Below are positions 21,634 through 32,769 of a DNA stretch of 64,000 nt, in pieces. The notes under the pieces are model-generated. The model did not search any database. It saw only the letters and a list, made by a program, of their open reading frames with translations, and was not told the origin of the DNA. Position numbers and translations under genes: made by a program. This stretch comes from a phage: sequence record PZ445436.1; one strand, written 5' to 3'. Within the stretch, counting starts at the first letter, position 1; the number at the start of each line of letters is the position of its first letter.

Positions 21634-24600
21634 ATGGCCGAGATTAAAAGAAAGTTCAGAGCAGAAGATGGTCTGGACGCAGGTGGTGATAAAATAATCA
21701 ACGTAGCTTTAGCTGATCGTGCCGTAGGAACTGACGGTGTTAACGTTGATTACTTAATTCAAGAAAACACAGTTCAACAATATGATCCAACTCGTGGATA
21801 TTTAAAAGATTTTGTAATCATTTATGATAACCGCTTTTGGGCTGCTATAAATGATATTCCAAAACCGGCAGGAGCTTTTAATAGCGGACGCTGGAGAGCA
21901 TTACGTACCGATGCTAACTGGATTACGGTTTCATCTGGTTCATATCAATTAAAATCTGGTGAAGCTATTTCGGTTAACACCGCAGCTGGTAATGATATTA
22001 CATTTACTTTACCATCTACCCCAATTGACGGTGATACTATCGTTCTCCAAGATATTGGAGGAAAACCTGGAGTTAACCAAGTTTTAATTGTAGCTCCGGT
22101 GCAAAGTATTGTAAACTTCAGAGGTCAACAGGTACGTTCAGTACTAATGACTCATCCAAAGTCACAGCTAGTTTTAATTTTTAGTAATCGTCTGTGGCAA
22201 ATGTATGTTGCTGATTATAGTAGAGAAGCTATAGTTGTAACACCAGCAAGTCTCTATCAGGCGCAATCTAATGATTTTATCGTACGTAGATTTACTTCTG
22301 CTGCACCAATTAATGTTAAACTTCCAAGATTTGCTAATCATGGCGATATTATTAATTTCGTTGATTTAGATAAACTGAATCCACTTTATCATACAATTGT
22401 TACTACATACGATGAAACGACTTCAGTACAAGAAGTTGGAACTCATTCCATTGAAGGCCGTACATCAATTGACGGTTTCTTGATGTTTGATGATAATGAG
22501 AAATTGTGGAGATTGTTTGACGGGGATAGTAAAGCACGTTTACGCATTATAACGACTAATTCTAATATTCGTCCAAACGAAGAAGTCATGGTATTTGGTG
22601 CGAATAACGGAACAACTCAAACAATTGAACTTCAGCTTCCAACTAATATTTCTGTTGGTGATACTGTTAAAATTTCCATGAATTACATGAGAAAAGGACA
22701 AACAGTTAAAATCAAAGCTGCCGGTGAAGATAAAATTGCTTCTTCAGTTCAATTGCTGCAATTCCCAAAACGTTCAGAATATCCACCTGAAACTAAATGG
22801 GTGACTGTTCAAGAATTAGTTTTTAACGGTGAAACTAATTATGTTCCAGTTTTGCAACTTGCTTACATAGAAGATTCTGATGGAAAATATTGGGTTGTGC
22901 AACAAAATGTTCCAACTGTAGAAAGAGTCGATTCTTTAAATGATTCTACTAGAGCAAGATTAGGCGTAATTGCTTTAGCTACACAAGCTCAAGCTAATGT
23001 CGATTTAGAAAATTCTCCACAAAAAGAATTAGCAATTACTCCAGAAACATTAGCTAACCGTACTGCTACTGAAACTCGCAGAGGTATTGCAAGAATAGCA
23101 ACTACTGCTCAAGTGAATCAGAACACCACATTCTCTTTTGCTGATGATATTATCATCACTCCTAAAAAGCTGAATGAAAGAACTGCTACAGAAACTCGCA
23201 GAGGTGTCGCAGAAATTGCTACGCAGCAAGAAACTAATGCAGGAACCGATGACACTACAATCATCACTCCTAAAAAGCTTCAAGCTCGTCAAGGTTCTGA
23301 ATCATTATCTGGTATTGTAACTTTTGTATCTACTGCAGGTGCTACTCCAGCTTCTAGCCGTGAATTAAATGGTACGAATGTTTATAATAAAAACACTAAT
23401 AATTTAGTTGTTTCGCCAAAAGCTTTGGATCAGTATAAAGCTACGCCTACTCAACAGGGTGCAGTAATTTTAGCCGTTGAAAGTGAAGTAATTGCTGGAC
23501 AAAGCCAAGAAGGATGGGCAAATGCTGTTGTAACGCCAGAAACGTTACACAAAAAGACATCAACTGATGCAAGAATTGGTTTAATTGAAATTGCTACGCA
23601 AAGTGAAGTTAATACAGGAACTGATTATACTCGTGCAGTCACTCCTAAAACTTTAAATGACCGTAGAGCAACTGAAAGTTTAAGTGGTATAGCTGAAATT
23701 GCTACGCAAGTTGAATTCGACGCAGGCGTCGACGATACTCGTATCTCTACACCATTAAAAATTAAAACCAGATTTAATAGTACTGATCGTACTTCTGTTG
23801 TTGCTCTATCTGGATTAGTTGAATCAGGAACTCTCTGGGACCATTATACCCTTAATATTCTTGAAGCAAATGAGACACAGCGTGGTACACTTCGTGTAGC
23901 TACACAGGTTGAAGCTGCTGCAGGAACATTAGATAATGTTTTAATAACTCCTAAAAAGCTTTTAGGTACTAAATCTACTGAAGCACAGGAAGGTGTTATT
24001 AAAGTTGCAACTCAAGCTGAAACCGTAGCTGGAACATCAGCAAATACTGCTGTATCTCCAAAAAATTTAAAATGGATTGTCCAGTCTGAACCAACATGGG
24101 CTGCTACTACGGCGATTCGTGGATTCGTTAAAACTTCATCCGGTTCTATTACATTTGTTGGTAATGATACAGTTGGTTCAACACAACCTTTAGAATCATA
24201 TGAGAAAAATAGCTATGCAGTATCACCATATGAATTAAACCGTGTACTTGCTAACTATTTGCCATTGAAAGCTAAAGCCGTAGATAGTAATTTATTAGAT
24301 GGCCTAGATTCATCTCAGTTCATTCGTAGGGACATTGCACAGACGGTTAATGGTTCACTAACCTTAACACAACAAACGAATCTGAGTGCCCCTCTCGTAT
24401 CATCTAGTACTGCTACGTTTGGTGGTTCAGTTTCGGCAAATAGTACATTAACTATTTCTAATACTGGAACGGCAACTCGTCTGATTTTTGAGAAAGGACC
24501 TCAAACTGGAACTAACCCAGCGCAGACGATGACTATTAGAGTTTGGGGAAATCAGTTTGGTGGTGGATCAGATACAACACGTTCTACTGTATTTGAAGTT

Positions 24601-25503
24601 GGTGATGAAACATCTAATCACTTTTATTCTCAACGTAATAAAGATGGGAATATAACGTTTAGCATTAATGGTACTGTGATGCCAATAAATGTTAACGCTT
24701 CAGGCACGTTAAATGCGAATGGCGTTGCAACATTCGGTCGTTCAGTTACTGCTAATGGCGAATTCATCAGCAAGTCTGCAAATGCTTTTAGAGCAATTAG
24801 TGGTGATTACGGATTCTTTATTCGCAATGATGCTGCTACCACCTATTTTATGCTCACTGCATCCGGTGATCAGACTGGCGGATTTAATGGATTACGTCCT
24901 TTAGCTATTAATAATGCATCTGGCCAAGTAACGATTGGTGAAAGCTTAATCATTGCCAAAGGTGCTACTATAAATTCAGGTGGTTTGACTGTTAACTCGA
25001 GAATTCGTTCTCAGGGTACTAAAACATCTGATTTATATACCCGTGCGCCAACATCTGATACTGTAGGATTCTGGTCAATCGATATTAACGATTCAGCCAC
25101 TTATAACCAGTTCCCAGGTTATTTTAAAATGGTTGAAAAAACTAATGAAGTGACTGGACTTCCATACTTAGAACGTGGCGAAGAAGTTAAATCTCCTGGT
25201 ACACTGACACAGTTTGGTAACACACTTGATTCGCTTTACCAAGATTGGATTACTTATCCAACGACACCAGAAGCGCGTACCACTCGCTGGACCCGTACAT
25301 GGCAGAAAACTAAAAACTCTTGGTCAAGTTTTGTTCAGGTATTTGACGGAGGTAACCCTCCTCAACCATCTGATATTGGCGCTTTACCATCTGATAATGC
25401 TACAATGGGGAATCTTACTATTCGTGATTTCTTACGAATTGGTAATGTTCGCATTATTCCTGACCCAGTGAATAAAACTGTTAAATTTGAATGGGTTGAA
25501 TAA
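21634..25503 (+). CDS. 34: long tail fibre proximal subunit gp34
   Basis: 1289 aa; late promoter TATAAATA 35 nt upstream; internal repeated motifs typical of gp34. Confidence 0.95.
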   Translation: MAEIKRKFRAEDGLDAGGDKIINVALADRAVGTDGVNVDYLIQENTVQQYDPTRGYLKDFVIIYDNRFWAAINDIPKPAGAFNSGRWRALRTDANWITVSSGSYQLKSGEAISVNTAAGNDITFTLPSTPIDGDTIVLQDIGGKPGVNQVLIVAPVQSIVNFRGQQVRSVLMTHPKSQLVLIFSNRLWQMYVADYSREAIVVTPASLYQAQSNDFIVRRFTSAAPINVKLPRFANHGDIINFVDLDKLNPLYHTIVTTYDETTSVQEVGTHSIEGRTSIDGFLMFDDNEKLWRLFDGDSKARLRIITTNSNIRPNEEVMVFGANNGTTQTIELQLPTNISVGDTVKISMNYMRKGQTVKIKAAGEDKIASSVQLLQFPKRSEYPPETKWVTVQELVFNGETNYVPVLQLAYIEDSDGKYWVVQQNVPTVERVDSLNDSTRARLGVIALATQAQANVDLENSPQKELAITPETLANRTATETRRGIARIATTAQVNQNTTFSFADDIIITPKKLNERTATETRRGVAEIATQQETNAGTDDTTIITPKKLQARQGSESLSGIVTFVSTAGATPASSRELNGTNVYNKNTNNLVVSPKALDQYKATPTQQGAVILAVESEVIAGQSQEGWANAVVTPETLHKKTSTDARIGLIEIATQSEVNTGTDYTRAVTPKTLNDRRATESLSGIAEIATQVEFDAGVDDTRISTPLKIKTRFNSTDRTSVVALSGLVESGTLWDHYTLNILEANETQRGTLRVATQVEAAAGTLDNVLITPKKLLGTKSTEAQEGVIKVATQAETVAGTSANTAVSPKNLKWIVQSEPTWAATTAIRGFVKTSSGSITFVGNDTVGSTQPLESYEKNSYAVSPYELNRVLANYLPLKAKAVDSNLLDGLDSSQFIRRDIAQTVNGSLTLTQQTNLSAPLVSSSTATFGGSVSANSTLTISNTGTATRLIFEKGPQTGTNPAQTMTIRVWGNQFGGGSDTTRSTVFEVGDETSNHFYSQRNKDGNITFSINGTVMPINVNASGTLNANGVATFGRSVTANGEFISKSANAFRAISGDYGFFIRNDAATTYFMLTASGDQTGGFNGLRPLAINNASGQVTIGESLIIAKGATINSGGLTVNSRIRSQGTKTSDLYTRAPTSDTVGFWSIDINDSATYNQFPGYFKMVEKTNEVTGLPYLERGEEVKSPGTLTQFGNTLDSLYQDWITYPTTPEARTTRWTRTWQKTKNSWSSFVQVFDGGNPPQPSDIGALPSDNATMGNLTIRDFLRIGNVRIIPDPVNKTVKFEWVE
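23041..24070 (+). repeat. intragenic repeats in gene 34
   Basis: about 8 copies of motif (I/V)TPKxL...R.ATE..RG(I/V)AEIATQ.E...G at protein level. Confidence 0.6.
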
Positions 25504-25511
25504 GAGGTATT

Positions 25512-26627
25512 ATGGAAAAATTTATGGCAGAGTTTGGACAAGGATATGTCCAAACGCCGTTTTTATCGGAAAGCAATTCAGTAAGATATAAAATAAGCAT
25601 AGCGGGTTCTTGCCCGCTTTCTACAGCAGGACCATACGTTAAATTTCAGGATAATCCTGTCGGAAGTCAAACATTTAGCGCAGGCCTTCATTTAAGAGTT
25701 TTTGACCCTTCTACAGGAGCATTAGTTGATAGTAAGTCATATGCTTTTTCGACTTCAAATGATACTACATCAGCTGCTTTTGCTAGCTTCATGAATTCTT
25801 TGACAAATAACAGAATTGTTGCTATATTAACTAACGGAAAGGTTAATTTTCCTCCTGAAGTAGTATCTTGGTTAAGAACCGCCGGAACGTCTGCTTTTCC
25901 ATCTGACTCTATATTGTCAAGATTTGACGTATCATATGCTGCTTTTTATACTTCTTCTAAAAGAGCTATCGCATTAGAGCATGTTAAATTAAGTAATAGA
26001 AAAAGCACAGATGATTATCAAACTATTTTAGATGTTGTATTTGACAGTTTAGAAGATGTCGGAGCTACCGGGTTTCCAAGAAGAACGTATGAAAGTGTTG
26101 AGCAATTCATGTCAGCGGTTGGTGGAACTAATAACGAAATTGTGCGTCTACCAACTTCAGCTACTATAAGTAAACTCTCTGATTATAATTTAATTCCTGG
26201 TGACGTTCTTTATCTTAAAGCCCAGTTATATGCTGATGCCGATTTACTTGCTCTTGGAACAACAAATATATCTATCCGTTTTTATAATGCATCTAACGGA
26301 TATATTTCCTCGACACAAGCTGAGTTTACTGGACAAGCTGGGTCTTGGGAATTAAAGGAAGATTATGTAGTTGTTCCAGAAAATGCAGTTGGATTTACGA
26401 TATATGCACAAAGAACTGCTCAAGCTGGACAAGGCGGTATGCGAAATTTAAGCTTTTCTGAAGTATCAAGAAACGGCGGCATTTCAAAACCTGCTGAATT
26501 TGGCGTCAATGGTATTCGTGTTAATTATATCTGTGAATCTGCTTCACCTCCGGATATAATGGTACTTCCTACGCAAGCATCGTCTAAAACTGGTAAAGTG
26601 TTTGGGCAAGAATTTAGAGAAGTATAA
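25512..26627 (+). CDS. 35: long tail fibre hinge connector gp35
   Basis: 371 aa directly after 34. Confidence 0.9.
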   Translation: MEKFMAEFGQGYVQTPFLSESNSVRYKISIAGSCPLSTAGPYVKFQDNPVGSQTFSAGLHLRVFDPSTGALVDSKSYAFSTSNDTTSAAFASFMNSLTNNRIVAILTNGKVNFPPEVVSWLRTAGTSAFPSDSILSRFDVSYAAFYTSSKRAIALEHVKLSNRKSTDDYQTILDVVFDSLEDVGATGFPRRTYESVEQFMSAVGGTNNEIVRLPTSATISKLSDYNLIPGDVLYLKAQLYADADLLALGTTNISIRFYNASNGYISSTQAEFTGQAGSWELKEDYVVVPENAVGFTIYAQRTAQAGQGGMRNLSFSEVSRNGGISKPAEFGVNGIRVNYICESASPPDIMVLPTQASSKTGKVFGQEFREV

Positions 26628-26632
26628 ATTGA

Positions 26633-26660
26633 GGGAGCCTTCGGGTTCCCTTTTTCTTTA
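26633..26660 (+). terminator. terminator-like hairpin after gene 35
   Basis: GGGAGCC-UUCG-GGUUCCC then UUUUUCUUU; overlaps the gene 36 late promoter. Confidence 0.55.
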
Positions 26661-26666
26661 TAAATA
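26659..26666 (+). promoter_or_regulatory. late promoter TATAAATA for genes 36-38
   Basis: exact TATAAATA 24 nt before gene 36 ATG. Confidence 0.75.
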
Positions 26667-26689
26667 CTATTAAAATAAAGGGGCATACA

Positions 26690-27355
26690 ATGGCTGATTT
26701 AAAAGTAGGTTCAACAACTGGAGGCTCTGTCATTTGGCATCAAGGAAATTTTCCATTGAATCCAGCCGGTGACGATGTACTCTATAAATCATTTAAAATA
26801 TATTCAGAATATAATAAACCGCAGGCAGCTGATAACGATTTCGTTTCTAAAGCTAATGGTGGTACTTATGCATCAAAGGTAACATTTAACGGCGGCGTCC
26901 AAGTCCCGTATGCTGTAAACAACACAAACCCATGCGGTATTTATCCAGGTAACGGTGATAATGCTACTTTTGCTGTAGCAAATATTGATATTGTTTCGTG
27001 GAATGGTATTGGTTTTAAATCATCGCAGGGTTCAGCAGCCCGAACTGTTGTAATTAATGCACGTAATGGTGATATTAGCACAAAAGGTGTTGTGTCTGCG
27101 GCAGGTCAAGTAAGAAGTGATGCAGCTGCTCCTATAGCAGCGAATGACCTTACTAGAAAGGACTATGTTGATGGAGCAATAAATACTGTTACAGCAAATG
27201 CGAACTCTAGAGTGTTGCGTTCTGGCGACACTATGATAGGTAATTTAACCGCGCCAAACTTTTTTTCACAGAATCCTGCGTCTCAACCTTCTCACGTTCC
27301 GCGATTTGATCAAATCGTAATTAAGGATTCTGTTCAAGATTTCGGCTATTATTAA
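26690..27355 (+). CDS. 36: long tail fibre distal connector gp36
   Basis: 221 aa; own late promoter. Confidence 0.9.
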   Translation: MADLKVGSTTGGSVIWHQGNFPLNPAGDDVLYKSFKIYSEYNKPQAADNDFVSKANGGTYASKVTFNGGVQVPYAVNNTNPCGIYPGNGDNATFAVANIDIVSWNGIGFKSSQGSAARTVVINARNGDISTKGVVSAAGQVRSDAAAPIAANDLTRKDYVDGAINTVTANANSRVLRSGDTMIGNLTAPNFFSQNPASQPSHVPRFDQIVIKDSVQDFGYY

Positions 27356-27363
27356 GAGGACTT

Positions 27364-30300
27364 ATGGCTACTTTAAAACAAATACAATTTAAAAGAAGCA
27401 AAACTGCAGGTCAACGTCCTGCTGCTTCAGTATTAGCCGAAGGTGAATTGGCTATAAACTTAAAAGATAGAACAATTTTTACTAAAGATGATTCAGGAAA
27501 TATCATCGATTTAAGCATTTCTGCTGGTGGTAATATCAGTGGTAATATTACTCAAACTGGAGATTATTTACAGAACGGTACATACAATCTCAATGGAAAT
27601 CAGTTTGTTTATGCAGGAAAATATATTGAATTTTTACCTAAAACAGCTGGTAATGGTGCGTGGGCAAATCAACACCTAAATAAAGCTCCTATCTTTACAG
27701 ATTTAAGTTCAACTACTTCTATTTCAGAATATCATCCACTCATTAAGCAACGCTATAAAGATGGAACTTTTTCAGCGGGTACATTGGTTGCTGAAGGCAG
27801 TTTTAAAATTCATTTTATGAATGAATCTGGTGATTCGAAATATTGGACGTTTCGCCGTGACGGTGGATTTACTGTTGACAATGGAGGTTTAGCAGTATCA
27901 GGTGGTAGTATAACCACAACCGGAAACATCGCCGCGATCGGAAATATTACTTCGCCCCAGATTAATACTAAAAATATTATTTTAGATACAAAGGCATTCG
28001 GACAGTATGATTCACAGTCATTAGTTCAATATGTTTATCCTGGAACAGGTGAAGAAAATGGTATAAACTATCTTCGTAAAGTTCGAGCTAAATCAGGCGG
28101 AACTATTTACCATGAAATCGCTTCAGCTCAAACTGGTAAGAATGATGAAATTTCTTGGTGGACCGGAAATACACTTACTACTAAATTAATGGGTCTTCGT
28201 AATGATGGCGCAATGGTATTACGTCGTTCACTTGCTATTGGCACAATTACCACTGATGAAAATACTAACAACTACGGTTCTCCTACTCCAATGGGAGAAA
28301 GATATATTGCTTTGGGCGATGCTGCAACCGGTTTAAAATACATTAAGCAGGGTGTTTATGATTTAGTAGGTAATTGGAATTCTGTTGCTTCTATTACTCC
28401 TGACAGTTTCCGTAGTACTCGTAAAGCGTTATTTGGTCGTTCAGAAGACCAAGGTGGAACATGGATTATGCCTGGAACGAACGCTGCCTTTTTATCAGTC
28501 CAAACACAGGCTGATGAAAACACTGCTGGAGACGGTCAAACCCATATTGGATATAACTCTGGCGGTAAAATGAACCACTATTTCCGTGGTAAAGGAAAAA
28601 CTAATATTAATACTCAAGAAGGCATGGAAGTTAACCCGGGTATTTTGAAATTGGTAACTGGCTCTAATAATGTAATGTTTTATGCTGATGGCGGTATTAC
28701 ATCTGTTAAGCAGCTTTCAATATATAACGGCATATATTTAGCAGCTAATAATTCTACTGCTGGGCTAACATTCGCTCCAACTACTACAATTGATGGCACT
28801 AAGCAAATTTTGTGGGAAGGCGGTACTCGTGCTGGTCAGAATAAAAGCTATGTAACTGTTAAAGCATGGGGTAATTCATTTAACGCATCTGGCGATCGTA
28901 ATCGTGAAACGGTTTTTGAAGTAGCTGATGGACAAGGATATTATTTTTATTCACAGCGTGTGGCTCCAAGTGGCTCTGAAACTACTGGGCCTGTTGTAAC
29001 CCAGTTCAATGGACAAGTTAATGCTAGAGGAAGTATTATTACTGACGGAAGTTTTAAAGTTAATGGATTAAGCACTTTAGTCGGTAATGTTACTATGTCT
29101 AATGGTTTGTTTGTCCAAGGTGGTTCTTCTATTACTGGACAGGTAAAAATTGGTGGAACGGCTGATGCATTAAGAATTTGGAATGCTGAATACGGTGCTA
29201 TTTTCCGCCGTTCAGAAGCGTCATTACATATTATCCCTACTCCTAAAGATGCCGGTGAAAGCGGTGGAATAAGTAATCTCCGCCCACTTAGTATTAGCCT
29301 TAATAATGGTATGGTGCAAATGCGTCATTCCGTTACATTAGGTGATGATGGTGCAGGCGGTAATATGGTGACGGTTGATAATGATTCTAAAGTTATGGTA
29401 ATGACGACTAATAGCCGTATTAGTCCTAACTTCCGTATGCAAATTGGACAGTCGTCTTATATTGATGTGGAATGTACTGATGCTGTGAGACCTACTGGAG
29501 CCGGTTCTTTTGCTTCACAGAATAACGAAAACGTTCGCGCTCCGTTCTATATGAATATTGATAGAACAGATACAAGCACTTATGTTCCTATTGTGAAACA
29601 AAGATACGTTCAAAATAATAGTTGCTATTCTATTGGTACTTTAATTAATGGTGGTAACTTTAGAGTTCATTATCATGAAGGCGGTGACGGCGTTTCTACT
29701 GGTGCTATTATAAAGGATCTTGGATGGGAATTTAATAAAAACGGTGATTTTTATTCTCCTGGTAAATTAGGCGCTGGAAATATTAGAATAGGTACTGATG
29801 GTAATATTACTGGCGGAACTGGTAACTTTGCTAACTTGAACACAACTATCGAATCATTAAAAACCGATATTGTTTCAAGTTATCCTATTGGAGCTCCTAT
29901 TCCATGGCCTACAGATACTCCTCCTAATGGTTACGCTATTATGGAAGGACAGACTTTTGATAAGTCTGCATACCCAAAATTGGCTATAGCTTACCCATCT
30001 GGAGTAATTCCTGATATGCGCGGGCAAACTATCAAAGGTAAACCAAGCGGTCGTGCTGTGTTAAGTGCAGAAGCTGATGGTGTTAAGGCTCATAACCATA
30101 GTGCTTCAGCATCTAATACTGATTTAGGTACTAAAACTACATCAAGCTTTGATTATGGCACTAAGACGACAAGTAGCTTTGACTATGGCACTAAGACTAG
30201 CAATACCACAGGTAACCACTCTCATACTGTAAGCGGTACTACGAGTTCTGCTGGTGCACACCAACATGCGCGCTCAGGTCCTCAGATACAAGCCGGCATA

Positions 30301-30636
30301 CCCAATAACATATTCTATGACGGATATAATAGTGTAGGTGCAAACGCCAACGCTAAATTCACTGGAACCGTGAACGGTGCTACTGCATGGTCGAATATAG
30401 CCAAAACTTCTTCAGACGGTGCTCATACTCATACTTGGTCTGGTACTACAAGCACTACAGGTAACCATGCTCACACAGTAGGTATTGGTGCTCATACCCA
30501 TACTGTAGGTATCGGTGCTCATACCCACACGGTAGCAATTGGCTCGCATGGTCATACTATCACTGTAAATAGTACAGGTAATACAGAAAACACGGTTAAA
30601 AACATTGCTTTTAACTATATCGTTCGTTTAGCATAA
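27364..30636 (+). CDS. 37: long tail fibre distal subunit gp37 (receptor-recognising tip)
   Basis: 1090 aa; C-terminal His-box repeats (GNHSHTV, GAHTHTV) as in T4-type gp37 tip. Confidence 0.95.
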   Translation: MATLKQIQFKRSKTAGQRPAASVLAEGELAINLKDRTIFTKDDSGNIIDLSISAGGNISGNITQTGDYLQNGTYNLNGNQFVYAGKYIEFLPKTAGNGAWANQHLNKAPIFTDLSSTTSISEYHPLIKQRYKDGTFSAGTLVAEGSFKIHFMNESGDSKYWTFRRDGGFTVDNGGLAVSGGSITTTGNIAAIGNITSPQINTKNIILDTKAFGQYDSQSLVQYVYPGTGEENGINYLRKVRAKSGGTIYHEIASAQTGKNDEISWWTGNTLTTKLMGLRNDGAMVLRRSLAIGTITTDENTNNYGSPTPMGERYIALGDAATGLKYIKQGVYDLVGNWNSVASITPDSFRSTRKALFGRSEDQGGTWIMPGTNAAFLSVQTQADENTAGDGQTHIGYNSGGKMNHYFRGKGKTNINTQEGMEVNPGILKLVTGSNNVMFYADGGITSVKQLSIYNGIYLAANNSTAGLTFAPTTTIDGTKQILWEGGTRAGQNKSYVTVKAWGNSFNASGDRNRETVFEVADGQGYYFYSQRVAPSGSETTGPVVTQFNGQVNARGSIITDGSFKVNGLSTLVGNVTMSNGLFVQGGSSITGQVKIGGTADALRIWNAEYGAIFRRSEASLHIIPTPKDAGESGGISNLRPLSISLNNGMVQMRHSVTLGDDGAGGNMVTVDNDSKVMVMTTNSRISPNFRMQIGQSSYIDVECTDAVRPTGAGSFASQNNENVRAPFYMNIDRTDTSTYVPIVKQRYVQNNSCYSIGTLINGGNFRVHYHEGGDGVSTGAIIKDLGWEFNKNGDFYSPGKLGAGNIRIGTDGNITGGTGNFANLNTTIESLKTDIVSSYPIGAPIPWPTDTPPNGYAIMEGQTFDKSAYPKLAIAYPSGVIPDMRGQTIKGKPSGRAVLSAEADGVKAHNHSASASNTDLGTKTTSSFDYGTKTTSSFDYGTKTSNTTGNHSHTVSGTTSSAGAHQHARSGPQIQAGIPNNIFYDGYNSVGANANAKFTGTVNGATAWSNIAKTSSDGAHTHTWSGTTSTTGNHAHTVGIGAHTHTVGIGAHTHTVAIGSHGHTITVNSTGNTENTVKNIAFNYIVRLA
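30127..30204 (+). repeat. tandem 30-nt repeat in gene 37 ([10 protein letters not shown] x2 plus partial)
   Basis: units 30127-30156 and 30157-30186 encode identical peptide with 7 synonymous differences. Confidence 0.7.
30481..30561 (+). repeat. His-box repeats in gene 37 tip region
   Basis: GIGAHTHTV x2 then AIGSHGHTI. Confidence 0.7.
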
Positions 30637-30663
30637 GGAGAGGGGCTTCGGCCCCTTCTAAAT
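30637..30663 (+). promoter_or_regulatory. gene 38 split ribosome-binding site
   Basis: GGAG 23 nt from ATG with AGGGGC-UUCG-GCCCCU hairpin in between. Confidence 0.7.
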
Positions 30664-31215
30664 ATGAAAATATATCATTATTATTTTGACACTAAAGAAT
30701 TTTACAAAGAAGAAAATTACAAACCGGTTAAAGGCCTCGGTCTTCCTGCTCATTCAACAATTAAAAAACCTTTAGAACCTAAAGAAGGATATGCAGTTGT
30801 ATTTGATGAACGTACTCAGGATTGGATTTATGAAGAAGACCATCGCGGAAAACGAGCATGGACTTTTAATAAAGAAGAAATTTTCATAAGTGACATTGGA
30901 AGCCCGGTTGGTATAACTTTTGATGAGCCCGGCGAATTTGATATATGGACTGATGACGGTTGGAAAGAAGACGAAACATATAAGCGAGTTTTAATTCGTA
31001 ATAGAAAAATTGAAGAATTATATAAAGAGTTCCAAGTTTTAAATAATATGATTGAAGCTTCTGTCGCCAATAAAAAGGAAAAATTTTATTATAAAAACCT
31101 TAAGCGGTTCTTTGCTCTTTTAGAAAAGCATGAGCATTTAGGCGGTGAATTCCCTTCATGGCCTGAAAAAGAACGGAAACCTTGGTATAAGCGTTTATTC
31201 AAGCATTACGTATAA
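30664..31215 (+). CDS. 38: gp38 tail fibre assembly chaperone (T4 type)
   Basis: 183 aa, matches T4 gp38 as recalled; split RBS hairpin between SD and ATG. Confidence 0.85.
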   Translation: MKIYHYYFDTKEFYKEENYKPVKGLGLPAHSTIKKPLEPKEGYAVVFDERTQDWIYEEDHRGKRAWTFNKEEIFISDIGSPVGITFDEPGEFDIWTDDGWKEDETYKRVLIRNRKIEELYKEFQVLNNMIEASVANKKEKFYYKNLKRFFALLEKHEHLGGEFPSWPEKERKPWYKRLFKHYV

Positions 31216-31235
31216 ATATCTTAAAAGGAGGGTCT

Positions 31236-31892
31236 ATGGCAGCACCTAGAATATCATTTTCGCCCTCTGATATTCTATTTGGTGTTCTAGATCGCTTGTT
31301 CAAAGATAACGCTACTGGGAAAGTTCTTGCTTCCCGGGTAGCTGTCGTAATTCTTTTATTTATGATGGCGATTGTTTGGTATAGGGGAGATAGTTTCTTT
31401 GAGTACTATAAGCAATCAAAGTATGAAACATACAGTGAAATTATTGAAAAGGAAAGAAATGCACGCTTTGAATCTGTCGCCCTGGAACAACTCCAGATAG
31501 TTCACATATCATCTGAGGCAGACTTTAGTGCGGTGTATTCTTTCCGCCCTAAAAACTTAAACTATTTTGTTGATATTATAGCATACGAAGGAAGATTACC
31601 TTCAACAATAACTGAAAAATCACTTGGAGGATATCCTGTTGATAAAACTATGGATGAATATACAGTTCATTTAAATGGACGTCATTATTATTCCAACTCA
31701 AAATTTGCTTTTTTACCAACTAAAAAGCCTACTCCCGAAATAAACTACATGTACAGTTGTCCATATTTTAATTTGGATAATATCTATGCTGGAACGATAA
31801 CCATGTACTGGTATAGAAATGATCATATAAGTAATGACCGCCTTGAATCAATATGTGCTCAGGCGGCCAGAATATTAGGAAGGGCTAAATAA
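31236..31892 (+). CDS. t: holin
   Basis: 218 aa; N-terminal TM segment VAVVILLFMMAIVWY then large periplasmic domain; T4 T holin length. Confidence 0.95.
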   Translation: MAAPRISFSPSDILFGVLDRLFKDNATGKVLASRVAVVILLFMMAIVWYRGDSFFEYYKQSKYETYSEIIEKERNARFESVALEQLQIVHISSEADFSAVYSFRPKNLNYFVDIIAYEGRLPSTITEKSLGGYPVDKTMDEYTVHLNGRHYYSNSKFAFLPTKKPTPEINYMYSCPYFNLDNIYAGTITMYWYRNDHISNDRLESICAQAARILGRAK

Positions 31893-32165
31893 TTATTTGT
31901 TCGTATACATCTCTAGATATCGATATACACCCTCAAAACCCTCGTTGAATTCGTCGATGAGGGTTTTCTTATCTTCTTGAGTTAATTCAGAAACAATTTT
32001 ACGGAATGAATTCTGATTTAATTTTCTACCTTCATGCGTTACTCCAATCTCATTCAGAAATGCAATAAAATTAGCACGATTTTCAACAATATCTTCTCTG
32101 GAAAATTTAATCAAAATAGACGCAACAGTAATAATTTCACGCACAACTTCAACAGCATTATTCAT
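31893..32165 (-). CDS. asiA: anti-sigma70 factor AsiA
   Basis: 90 aa from ATG 32163-32165 (…VREIITVASILIKFSREDIVENRANFIAF…); early promoter at 32209-32237 shows longer track ORF is an artefact. Confidence 0.9.
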   Translation of the reverse strand: MNNAVEVVREIITVASILIKFSREDIVENRANFIAFLNEIGVTHEGRKLNQNSFRKIVSELTQEDKKTLIDEFNEGFEGVYRYLEMYTNK

Positions 32166-32208
32166 AATATTCCAACTCAATAAGATTAGCCATTTATTCA
32201 ATAAGTTT

Positions 32209-32237
32209 ATTATAACAAACCTATTCTTCTTGTAAAC
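32209..32237 (-). promoter_or_regulatory. T4 early-type promoter for asiA
   Basis: GTTTAC, 17 nt, TATAAT; about 45 nt upstream of asiA ATG. Confidence 0.7.
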
Positions 32238-32345
32238 TACTTTGTACAACTTTTTCTGGATTTGTATAACCTTGTCCCAAGAATTCTGCAGCTGTCTGGG
32301 CTTCTCTAAGACGTTCTGACTCAACTACTTGCTCAAGATTATGAC

Positions 32346-32660
32346 TCATAGGAGTTCCTCTATGCAACTATCATTATCCTTATAGCTATCAATATAGTCC
32401 TGTAGGTCAAAGAAAGCCATTTCATATTCTAGAGCTTTAAGAGCTCGTTCTTCGGTGTAGTCAGAACCGAAGACAATAATGATTTCACCAGGCCAGTTGC
32501 GGTCGAAGTCGACACTAAAAGGAATACGAGAACATACTTCGTCTGCCATATCTGCAATAACATTGCGATACACATTCTTGTTAACACGATAGAGCTCTGC
32601 GAGTTCTTCACAGCGAATAACCAGTTCAGTGGCAGGAGTTTCTTTTATTTTAGTAAGCAT
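32346..32660 (-). CDS. acidic protein, Arn-like (anti-restriction DNA mimic) by position and composition
   Basis: 104 aa, strongly acidic C-terminal half; sits where T4 arn lies next to asiA; sequence identity not verified. Confidence 0.4.
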   Translation of the reverse strand: MLTKIKETPATELVIRCEELAELYRVNKNVYRNVIADMADEVCSRIPFSVDFDRNWPGEIIIVFGSDYTEERALKALEYEMAFFDLQDYIDSYKDNDSCIEELL

Positions 32661-32769
32661 AATCTTTACCCTTATGTTTCTGTTTGCGTTTAGATTGAAG
32701 TTCTACTTTCTTCTTGTCTTTATGGACAGAAGCCTTATTAAAATCATGCTTTGCTACGAGATTATTCAT
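32650..32769 (-). CDS. possible 39-aa lysine-rich small protein
   Basis: ATG 32767-32769 to TAA 32650-32652, overlapping both neighbours; MNNLVAKHDFNKASVHKDKKKVELQSKRKQKHKGKDYAY; below track size cutoff. Confidence 0.3.
   Translation of the reverse strand: MNNLVAKHDFNKASVHKDKKKVELQSKRKQKHKGKDYAY

Noticed and set aside
23050-23292. Minus-strand ORF inside gene 34 (and plus-strand alternate-frame ORFs 24713-24904, 25214-25471, 28385-28573 inside 34 and 37)
   Set aside because: Embedded in long, well-supported tail-fibre genes; frame artefacts.
31893-32324. 143-aa track ORF as the asiA gene
   Set aside because: The early promoter (32209-32237) lies inside the N-terminal extension; AsiA begins at the internal ATG 32163-32165, giving the expected 90 aa.
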